Assembly: GCA_003223995.1 (NCBI GenBank)
Contig: QHYA01000062.1
Coordinates: 1 to 47,105 of the forward strand
From: Acidobacteriota bacterium
GTDB lineage: Bacteria > Acidobacteriota > Polarisedimenticolia > QHYA01
Direction of reading: 5' to 3'
DNA length: 47,105 nt
The translations under genes were made by a program, and so were the position numbers. This document shows, in pieces, positions 34,055-41,706 of the stretch. Position 1 is the first letter of the stretch; each line of letters starts with the position of its first letter. The notes below the pieces were generated by a model that did no database searches, was not told the origin of the DNA, and saw nothing but the letters and a program-made list of their open reading frames with translations.

Positions 34055-35428
34055 TCAGATTTTGGCCGCGGACTGAGGCTCCACCTCCAGCCGGTATTTT
34101 TCGATCCGTCGATAAAGAGAGGCGCGGGGGATTCTCAGGATCCGTGCCGCCTTGAGCTTGTTGCCGTTCGTGTGAAGGAGAACGTCGCGGATATGGTTTC
34201 GCTCGATGTCCTCGAGCGGGCCCAGGCCGATGGCGGCGAATCCCGACCGCGCGTGTTGGATCGATTCGGGAAGGTCGCGGGGCCGGACGATCTCCCGGGA
34301 GGCGAAGATCGCGGCCCGCTCGATGACATGCTCCAGCTCCCGGACGTTTCCTGGCCAGTGATAGCCGCAAAGGAGCTCCTGCGCACGAGGCGAGAGCGTG
34401 CGCGCCGGACGCCGCAGCTTGTCGTGATAGCGACAAAGGAAGTGCTCCGCGAGAAGAGGGATGTCCTCCGGCCTCTCCCTCAGGGGGGGAAGCCTCAGGG
34501 TCACCCCGTTCAGCCGGTAATAAAGGTCGGTGCGAAACGCCCCTTCCTCGATCGCCTTCTCGAGGTCGGCATTCGTCGCCGCGATGACCCGCACGTCCAC
34601 CTTGCGCGATTCGGTGCTGCCAATGCGCCGCACTTCCCGTTCCTGGAGCACTCGCAGCAATCCGAGCTGCGCCCGCGTTGTTGCCGCCACGATCTCGTCG
34701 AGAAGGAGAGTCCCCCCGTCGGCCGCTTCGAAAAGCCCCGCCCGTGAGGCGCTGGCACCAGTGAAGGCGCCCCTTGTCCATCCAAACAGCTCGCTTTCGA
34801 GCAGCGTCGAGGGGATCGTCGCGCACGAGACGGCGATGAAAGGCCCTCCCCGCCGGCTGGAGTGATTGTGGACCTCCCTGGCGGTGACCTCCTTTCCCGT
34901 TCCCGACTCGCCCAGGATGATCACCGTGGTCGATGCCGGAGCGACCTGCTCGATCTGCCCGTAGAGAGAGAGCATCGCCGGCGAGCGGCCGACGAGACTC
35001 CCGAGTGAGCAGCGCGATTCCGTGCGGCGCCTCAGTCTTTCGAGGTCCTCCGAGAGGCGCTTGCGCTCCAGCGCCTTCTGGATGTCGATGGCGAACTTCT
35101 CTGCATGCAGGGGCTTCGTGACGTAATCGTAGGCCCCCTCCTTGATCGCGCGGACAGCAGTGTCGATATCGCCGTGGCCCGTCATGATGATGACCTCGGT
35201 CTCGCACCAGCGCTGCTTGACCTGCAACAGCAGATCGATTCCGCTCACTCCCGGCAGCAGCATGTCCGCCAGCAGCAGGTCGTAAGGCCTCTCTTCCAGA
35301 AGAGCCAGCGCCTGCCGCGGGCTGGAAGCCACGTCGACCCGATGCCCGTCGGCCTCGAGGATGTCGCGCGTCAGCGCGAGAAGGCCCGGGTCATCCTCGC
35401 AGACGAGGATCTCGCCCCGGTGCTTCAT
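34055..35428 (-). CDS. Sigma-54-dependent response regulator (NtrC family: REC + AAA+ + Fis-type HTH)
   Basis: ILVCEDD...LLLADMLLPG (receiver), Walker A GESGTGKE, GAFTGA loop, ESELFG, LLLDEI, RVIAATN and the C-terminal AARILRIPRASLYRRIEKY HTH. Confidence 0.95.
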   Translation of the reverse strand: MKHRGEILVCEDDPGLLALTRDILEADGHRVDVASSPRQALALLEERPYDLLLADMLLPGVSGIDLLLQVKQRWCETEVIIMTGHGDIDTAVRAIKEGAYDYVTKPLHAEKFAIDIQKALERKRLSEDLERLRRRTESRCSLGSLVGRSPAMLSLYGQIEQVAPASTTVIILGESGTGKEVTAREVHNHSSRRGGPFIAVSCATIPSTLLESELFGWTRGAFTGASASRAGLFEAADGGTLLLDEIVAATTRAQLGLLRVLQEREVRRIGSTESRKVDVRVIAATNADLEKAIEEGAFRTDLYYRLNGVTLRLPPLRERPEDIPLLAEHFLCRYHDKLRRPARTLSPRAQELLCGYHWPGNVRELEHVIERAAIFASREIVRPRDLPESIQHARSGFAAIGLGPLEDIERNHIRDVLLHTNGNKLKAARILRIPRASLYRRIEKYRLEVEPQSAAKI

Positions 35429-35757
35429 TCCGTGGCCCGCCTGCCCGGATCGGACGGCGATGCGCCGGAAGACGCGCTCCCGCTCACCTGAAGGGTCGCT
35501 TGCTTGAGCCGCTGGCTCATCCTGGCGCAGTTGTCGATGATCATCTGGAGCCGCTTTCGACCAACTTCGGAGAGGGCCTCCTCCTTCATCAGTAGCAGCT
35601 CGGCAAGCCCGGAGATGGCCGTCAGCGGATTGTTCAGGTCGTGTCGGAGCCGGGACAAGACCGCCTCCGGCTCCAGGCTAGGCTCCGGGTCCGCGTTACC
35701 TTCGGCGATCGTCGTGAGATCCTGCGCCACGGATGGCGCCGCGAGTTTCCGTTCCAT
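35425..35757 (-). CDS. Stand-alone HisKA (dimerisation/phospho-acceptor) domain protein without an ATPase domain
   Basis: The ATG at 35757 gives MERKLAAP...LSRLRHDLNNPLTAISGLAELLLMKE...IIDNCARMSQRL.. (110 aa). The H-box motif is H-D-L-N-N-P-L. The stop forms an ATGA overlap with the NtrC-type gene start at 35428. Confidence 0.65.
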   Translation of the reverse strand: MERKLAAPSVAQDLTTIAEGNADPEPSLEPEAVLSRLRHDLNNPLTAISGLAELLLMKEEALSEVGRKRLQMIIDNCARMSQRLKQATLQVSGSASSGASPSDPGRRATE

Positions 35758-35902
35758 CTCATGATGTAATCTTGGCCCGCCTCGCCTGCCTGTCAAACCG
35801 CCTCCCGTGACCGCTGGGGGCAGCCTGCCGGGCTCGCCCCCCAGCACTCGACTTTCCCCCTCCCCCGCGCGTAATAATCACGCCGGAGCCTGGGTTTCTC
35901 GG

Positions 35903-36757
35903 GTGGGTCGATTGAGCGACGAGCAGCTTCTGGGCCTCTTCCTCGGCGGAGACAAGGACTCCTTCAACGTTCTGGTCGGACGTTGGGAGGGCCCTCTCTA
36001 CCATTTCGCTTACAGGTTCCTCGGCCAGCACGAGGAGGCCCGGGATGTCTGCCAGGAGACCTTCCTGCGCGTGTACCGCCGGGCGGACCGCTTCCGCGAT
36101 GGCGGGAAGTTCTCCACATGGCTCTACCAGATCGCCTTGAACCTGTGCCGCGACGTCGCGCGGAAGCGCAAGCGCTGGGACCGCATCTTCGTCTCCCCGC
36201 GGCGGGCCGAGGCGGGCGAGCGGGCGGTTGCGGAGCCTGCCGATACCGGCGAGGGCACCGAGGAGAGGGTGCTGCGCGCCTGGCAGAGATGGCGGCTCCG
36301 GCACGCTCTCGCCGCGATCCCCTCCGATCAGCGGGTGGTGGTGGTCATGAAAACGTTCCAGGGGATGAAGTTTCGCGAGATCGCCGAGATCCTGGGCTGT
36401 CCCGAGAGCACTGTGAAATCACGAATGTATTACGGACTGGCCAACCTCAGGCGGAGCGTGCCGGCGGGAGCGGGATCGGCTCGAGGAGACCTCGGCTCTG
36501 CTGCGCGGAAGCCTCGCGGGAGAAGAGGAGATCCCCGCAAGACCCCTCTCTCGCGTCTGGAACGACCCCCACGTCGTTTCCCCGGCTGGCGGGCCTCGCT
36601 GGAGCCGCTTCGTCATGGCGGCCTGTCTGCTGCCCGCCGCCTCCCTGGTCGTGCTTGCCGCGGGGAACACGCGCCTGCAAAAGGACGCCTCCGGATGGTC
36701 GCTCCAGTTCTCCCTTCTCCCCCGCCGGGAGACCGCTCGTGCCGTAACCGTGGATGA
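35903..36757 (+). CDS. ECF-type sigma-70 family RNA polymerase sigma factor. The 3' ~95 codons are probably not genuine (see finding).
   Basis: Region 2: FNVLVGRWEGPLYHFAYRFLGQHEEARDVCQETFLRVY, FSTWLYQIALNLCRD. Region 4: QRVVVVMKTFQGMKFREIAEILGCPESTVKSRMYYGLANLRR. GTG 35903 was chosen as the start (uncertain). No in-frame stop occurs until 36757, and the tail is Arg/Pro/Gly-rich. Confidence 0.8.
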   Translation: MGRLSDEQLLGLFLGGDKDSFNVLVGRWEGPLYHFAYRFLGQHEEARDVCQETFLRVYRRADRFRDGGKFSTWLYQIALNLCRDVARKRKRWDRIFVSPRRAEAGERAVAEPADTGEGTEERVLRAWQRWRLRHALAAIPSDQRVVVVMKTFQGMKFREIAEILGCPESTVKSRMYYGLANLRRSVPAGAGSARGDLGSAARKPRGRRGDPRKTPLSRLERPPRRFPGWRASLEPLRHGGLSAARRLPGRACRGEHAPAKGRLRMVAPVLPSPPPGDRSCRNRG

Positions 36758-37064
36758 GGTCTCGAAGCTGGCGGAAGAGCACCTCCGGGCCGAGCTGAGC
36801 CAGCGTTTCGAACGAGAGCGCTCGATCCTCCTCGACGCCGTGGACAGGCGGCTGGAGGAGTCGAGAGAGACGCTGGTACGGGACCTCTCCCACGCCCTGG
36901 CGAGACAGGAGGAGACCCTTTCCGCGGGCTTCCGAAGCGACAAGGAAGAGCTGCTGCGGCGGGGCCGCGAGGTCGAGCAGATCGTCGGAACGGAGATCGG
37001 CCGGACCAGAGAGATGATCGGAGCGGTGCTCGCCGCTTCGGGTCCAAAGGTGACCGAACAGTGA
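36615..37064 (+). CDS. Membrane-anchored protein, probable C-terminal part of the cognate anti-sigma factor
   Basis: MAACLLPAASLVVLAAG (TM) followed by a helical periplasmic region. The same frame is open and protein-like back to 36417 (..CRRERDRLEETSALLRGSLAGEEEIP..) but contains no ATG or GTG before 36615. Confidence 0.55.
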   Translation: MAACLLPAASLVVLAAGNTRLQKDASGWSLQFSLLPRRETARAVTVDEVSKLAEEHLRAELSQRFERERSILLDAVDRRLEESRETLVRDLSHALARQEETLSAGFRSDKEELLRRGREVEQIVGTEIGRTREMIGAVLAASGPKVTEQ

Positions 37065-37981
37065 AGGCTCTCGTGGGGCTGCTCCTGCTGGCGGCGCTGC
37101 CCCCCCGGGCGGCCCGGGCGGGCGTGGCCCCCCCTCCGGGCCCCCGGAGTGAGCTGCTCCGGCACGAAAGCGACTCCCGAGAGCGGCTCGACTGCTTCGC
37201 TGCCAAGCTGGACGCGTTGCTGCGCCGGCAGCAGAGCGAGGGGATCTATCCCGAGGCCTTCTCCTTCGGATTCGCTCTCGAAGGGCACGGGATCGTCTTT
37301 CTCTCGCGGGCCGTGCGTTCCCCCCTGGGCGCTCCGGCCGCCTACCTCCGCCTGCTGGGCGTGCCTGCCGCCTCTGGCAGCGCATTGGTCATGGAAAAAC
37401 CTTCCGGCTCCGCCTACCTGCCCATCGAGCGGCTGACGGAGAAGGCTCGGATCGCCCGCGAGGAAGCCGATCTGCGCCGCGCGAGAAGAAGGCTGCAGAT
37501 CTTGAGTCAGGAATTGCGGTCACTCCGCGACCTTCCCGACCCAACACCCCACCTCGAGATCGCCACGGACAGGGCGCCGGCGGCCGTGGTCCTCAACTGG
37601 ACGGCCGAGCTGACCCGGCGGCAGATCGCGCTGGCGAGAATAGAAACGGAGGTCGCCTCGCTCGGAGCCCGGCTAGAAGAGGCGGAGGGAATTCAGGGGT
37701 ATCCACGTGGACAGGATGCCCCCTCCGCGGCGCCTCCACGCGATCCCCTCGACAGGATCGCCGAGAGCGTAGTGGATCTTGTCCTGCAGGAGGGCCGTGC
37801 CCTTGCCTCGCACCGCGACGATCGCATCTCGATCGTCCTGCTGGTGCGTCCCGTCGGAGAGGAGAAACCGGATTCGGTCCTCCAGTTCAACGCGGCGGGC
37901 GCTGACCTTCCGGCTTCCCAGGACCCGACCGCGGTGGAGGCTGCTCGAAAGAAGGTTGTGGTGACGAAGAGCCCGCGCTGA
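37061..37981 (+). CDS. Secreted hypothetical protein, third gene of the ECF sigma operon
   Basis: The GTG at 37061 forms a GTGA overlap with the upstream stop. The signal peptide is MKALVGLLLLAALPPRAARA. No family recognised. Confidence 0.6.
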   Translation: MKALVGLLLLAALPPRAARAGVAPPPGPRSELLRHESDSRERLDCFAAKLDALLRRQQSEGIYPEAFSFGFALEGHGIVFLSRAVRSPLGAPAAYLRLLGVPAASGSALVMEKPSGSAYLPIERLTEKARIAREEADLRRARRRLQILSQELRSLRDLPDPTPHLEIATDRAPAAVVLNWTAELTRRQIALARIETEVASLGARLEEAEGIQGYPRGQDAPSAAPPRDPLDRIAESVVDLVLQEGRALASHRDDRISIVLLVRPVGEEKPDSVLQFNAAGADLPASQDPTAVEAARKKVVVTKSPR

Positions 37982-40142
37982 GGATGTCGGCGCGCACGCG
38001 CGCCGCTGGAGCGAGTGGGACACCCTCGAGGCTGTCGAGAGTGGCTTCATCGTCACCGGCCGCGGAACGGAACGCCTCGGCCGCCTCGCCTTTCATCCCC
38101 AACCGCTCGCAGGCAATCCCGGACAGGTAGGAGAGAGTAGCTCGCGAGATCCCTGCTCCGGCGGGCAGGTCGAGGTGGCGCGCAGCCTCCCGCAAAGCCT
38201 GCGCATTTTCTCCGAAGTGAAGCAGCGCCGCCATCAGGTTCAATACAGCGATAGAGCGAGCCGGCTCTCCGGGGGCGATCGAAGCCGCCAGCGATGCCTC
38301 GACGGCAGCCTTGTGGTAGGAGAGGATGCCGCCGCTCGATGTGGACGCGCCGGCGGACTCGGCGAAGGGGAGCAAGGTCGGAGCCGGGGCCGGGAAGAGG
38401 GTCATCTGCCGGACGGTCCCTTGCCTGCGGATCTCGATCGCTCTGGAGCTCGGAGGACGCTGCGCGTCGCTCCACATCTTGTGAAGGGTTGCTGCCCCGG
38501 CGACCTTCTGGCCGTCCACGGAGACAATCTCGTCGCCGGGCGCGAAGCCTGCCTCTGCGGCCGGTCCGGGCCTCACCGAGAGGACGATGGGACCGCCGGC
38601 CAGCAGAGTGTCCAGAAGGATCAGGCCGGTAGCGGGCGCCTGTAGCCGGAGAGGTTCATCGAAGCGCGACAGCATGCCCCCCCACCGCGCGCCGTCCGCA
38701 GCGTCGAACTCCCAGGACTCCGGAGCGGCATGGAAGGGGGAGGCGACGGAGAAGCGCAGGCGTGGAGAGACGGTCCCGGGCAGAAGGCGGACCGACAGAG
38801 TGAGACCAGACTTCTCGCCTCGGGCCTCACCATGCTTGGCCCCTCCAGCATCCGATGCGGGCTTGATGCCGCCGGAATCCGCCGCTGGAGCGGCGCTGGC
38901 CGCGGCCAGCTCGTTGAGGTTGTAATTACGAAGGCCGGTCGCGGCCTCCCGCACACGATCGAGGATGCCGAGCCGCTCGTCCTCCGTCAGGCCCATCGTC
39001 GCGGCCGGGTCCGCTTCGAGGCTGAGCCAGAGCTCCGCCTTCGGGTGGGTGCTGATCTGCAGGCTCCTGCCGGCTGCAATGTCCAAGCTCTCGTGCCAGC
39101 GAATTCCCTCGGCGAACGCGACTTCGAGCGACCGCTTTCCGGCGCAGACCTCCCTCTCCGCCAGCGGCGTCTGCCCGATTGGCTCGCCATCGAAGAGCAC
39201 GGTGGCGCCAGCGGGAAGCGACACAACAGAGAGGCGTGCCGTCGCTCGCGGAACTTCCACCGGCTTGAGCACGACCGGCGTCCGATCGATCAGGTCCACC
39301 ACGACCATGAATCGGCGCGACTGCTCCGCGTGGCATACCTTCCTGAACGTGACCTCGTGCTCTCCTGGGGCGAGTGCCGCAAGGGTGAAGGACGCAGAGA
39401 CGCCCTCCTCCCCTTCAGGGCCGGCGGCGGTCACACCCGCAGAGGCGCCGTCAACGATCACCTCCACTCCGGAGGGAACCGTCTGCAGGATCACAGCCCG
39501 GGCGTTGGGGGTCAGGACGAGGCGAAGATCCTTCTTCTCTCCGGGGCCGACCGTCACAGGAAGCTCTGCCGGATCGAACCCGGCGTGGCTTCCTGCGAGA
39601 ACATGTTCGCCAGCTACCACCGCCCTGTCAGCGAGCGGGCAGCTTCCCGACGGCTGCCCGTCGATTGTCAGCGTCGCACCCTCGGGATCGCAGGCGACAT
39701 TCACGAATCCGATCAGACCCGAACGGACCTTTCTGAACCGCTGGACGATCTTCGGGGAAACAGTCTTCTCGTCGAGCTGGTAGGAGGGATTGGTCCGGAC
39801 CAGCAAGGCGAAGTCCGCTTCCGCCTTCTTGGCGCGGCCGAGAGAGATCTCGGCCTGCGCGCGAAGGTCGAGGGCGCGGCAGAAGAGCGTGAAGGACGCT
39901 TCATTCGCGGGAGCAGGTTGGCCGAGGGCCGACAGTGTCTCCGTCAGCTTCCGGACCGCCGGATCGAACTTCAGCTCGCCGAGAAGACGCTTTCCTTCGG
40001 CCAGCATGGCCGCGGCCGGCTCGGCCGGGTTTTCCTCCGCGGACGCTGGGCCCGCCAGAAGCAGAAAGCCGAAAGGGATCACCACGGCGCTTCGCGCAAT
40101 CACCGCCGCCGAGAGAAGCGATCGGAAGAGATGATGTTTCAT
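37887..40142 (-). CDS. Secreted multi-domain envelope protein: TPR-like, three PEGA-like domains, PDZ and C-terminal TPR-like region
   Basis: The internal ATG at 40142 starts MKHHLFRSLLSAAVIARSAVVIPFGFLLLAGPASAEE (signal peptide). PEGA-like motifs: VACDPEGATLTIDGQPSG, LQTVPSGVEVIVDGASAG, VVSLPAGATVLFDGEPIGQTPL. PDZ-like motif: VRPGPAAEAGFAPGDEIVSVDGQKV. As sequenced it is in frame with, and not separated by a stop from, the upstream gene. Confidence 0.7.
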   Translation of the reverse strand: MKHHLFRSLLSAAVIARSAVVIPFGFLLLAGPASAEENPAEPAAAMLAEGKRLLGELKFDPAVRKLTETLSALGQPAPANEASFTLFCRALDLRAQAEISLGRAKKAEADFALLVRTNPSYQLDEKTVSPKIVQRFRKVRSGLIGFVNVACDPEGATLTIDGQPSGSCPLADRAVVAGEHVLAGSHAGFDPAELPVTVGPGEKKDLRLVLTPNARAVILQTVPSGVEVIVDGASAGVTAAGPEGEEGVSASFTLAALAPGEHEVTFRKVCHAEQSRRFMVVVDLIDRTPVVLKPVEVPRATARLSVVSLPAGATVLFDGEPIGQTPLAEREVCAGKRSLEVAFAEGIRWHESLDIAAGRSLQISTHPKAELWLSLEADPAATMGLTEDERLGILDRVREAATGLRNYNLNELAAASAAPAADSGGIKPASDAGGAKHGEARGEKSGLTLSVRLLPGTVSPRLRFSVASPFHAAPESWEFDAADGARWGGMLSRFDEPLRLQAPATGLILLDTLLAGGPIVLSVRPGPAAEAGFAPGDEIVSVDGQKVAGAATLHKMWSDAQRPPSSRAIEIRRQGTVRQMTLFPAPAPTLLPFAESAGASTSSGGILSYHKAAVEASLAASIAPGEPARSIAVLNLMAALLHFGENAQALREAARHLDLPAGAGISRATLSYLSGIACERLGMKGEAAEAFRSAAGDDEATLDSLEGVPLAPAARVRADILSAGSSSPQPSFEQPPPRSGPGKPEGQRPPR

Positions 40143-41600
40143 CGCAGCCGGACGATCCGCCCCGTGCGCCGCATCAAGGACGTACAGGTTGCCTGCCGCG
40201 TCGGTGGCCAGCGCCTGGATCGAGTCAAACCCTTCCTCCCCACGCCCCTGAGCCCCTCCGGGGGAGCGGACCGGCTGGGGACGAATGTGTCGGAGCTCGC
40301 GGCCGGAGGGATCCAGCAGCACCACGTCGCGCGTCTTCTCGAGCCCGACCCAGATCCTCCCGTCCGGATCAATGGCAAGTCCCTTGAGAGACCCGGCCCT
40401 CGCCCTGTACAGCAGCCCCTCGAACTGCATCGAGGGGCCGTAGCGAAGCAGCGAAGATTCCGAATCATCGATCAGCAGCACGCGGCGGTCCGGGGCCACA
40501 GCGATCGTCCCGATCCTCCGGACCTTCGGCACCTCCTTGTCCTTGCCCGCTGCGCCCGCCGCGGGAGCGATGGGCGCTTCGCCCGGCCTGCCGGCCTCCC
40601 GGCTTCCTGCTGCGCGCAGCCCGCCGGCCGGATCGGCAGCGAGCGCGATCGGCCTCGGCCAGGGCTGGCGCGCGATGGCCTTCCCGGTAGCATCGAAAGC
40701 AACGAGAGCATCCGTCTTCTCGTCGGCGACCCAGAGCGTCCCGTCCGCCGAGATCGCGAGGGAGCGAGGAGACTTCAGTCCCGCCCCCCCCGTGGCCGCC
40801 GCGAAGCCCTCGTCGAGCTTCCACGCTCCGGCCGCGCCCGCGGGGCTCCGAACGAGCCGTCGAAGGCGGTAGAGAAGGCTTTCCCTCTGAAGAGAAGACG
40901 CCGCCAGGGGGGATTCCGGAAATTGCTCTCTCAGGACCTGCAGTTCTTGAAGCGCCCGTCCGATCTCCCCTCTTCGGTCGAACAGGTCGGAGGCGAGGAA
41001 GCGGGCGCGCTCCGCAAGCGGGCTCCCCGGATCAGACTCGAGCAGGTTCAGGAGAGTGACCAGGCCCCTGCCCTCGGCCCCTTGGGCCAGATCGCATCTC
41101 GCTGCGGCAAAGGCCGCGAGATCCGCTTCCTGCGAATCGGGATGAAGCTGCCTCACCGCCATGAAGTCCGCATAGGCTTCATCAAGGTTCCGCCGCGGAT
41201 TGACCGGGTCCATGGCGATGAAACCGAGCGAATAGAGCGCGGCGGGAGCGGAGTTCGAGGGCCTGTATCGCTCCCGGATCCTGGCGAAGAAGCCGGACCC
41301 TTTCTCCAGTCTCTGCAGGTCCACGCCGCCGAGCCCGGAGATGTCCACTACCGGGTAGTAGACGCGACCCTCTGCCAGGAGGGCATCGTCGGCGTACTCG
41401 CTGTCGGGGGCGACACGCAGGAGCTCCTCGAGCTGCTGCAATCCCTGCGCGGTCTTCCCTTCATCCAGCAGCCTTCTGCCCAGAAGGTACAGATTCTCGC
41501 CCGAATCGTCCGCCGCCGCGGCTTCAGAACGCGCAGGGACCACGAGCCCGGGCCAGAGCATCGCCCCCAGCAGCAGGATCTGTAGAAGAGTCTTGGCCAC
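40139..41600 (-). CDS. Secreted TPR + NHL/beta-propeller-repeat protein. A natural stop is only obtained after a 1-nt frame correction at the G4 run 40160-40163.
   Basis: The GTG at 41600 gives VAKTLLQILLLGAMLWPGLVVPARSEA (signal). TPR/YbgF-like helical repeats follow, then NHL-like blades (SPRSLAISADGTLWVADEKTDALVAF; LKGLAIDPDGRIWVG; ALATDAAGNLYVLDAAHG). Removing one G yields ..YVLDAAHGRIVRLR*, with the TGA overlapping the ATG at 40142 (ATGA). Confidence 0.65.
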
Positions 41601-41706
41601 CGTCGATGAATTGTATTGCGCCTTCGTCCTCTCCTGCAGACCGGGCGCAGCGGCGCCTTTGGTGCTCAGGATGTCCCTTCTGAGGGCGGCGCCAGGGCGA
41701 TTCGTT

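Noticed and set aside
34017-35207. 396-aa minus-strand ORF in another frame of the NtrC-type gene
   Set aside because: The chosen frame contains Walker A, GAFTGA and the HTH. This one has no motifs and a biased composition.
38730-41585. 951-codon plus-strand ORF antisense to the TPR-NHL / PEGA-PDZ genes
   Set aside because: The composition is Arg-rich and nonsense-like. The opposite strand carries signal peptides and repeated PEGA/NHL/PDZ motifs.
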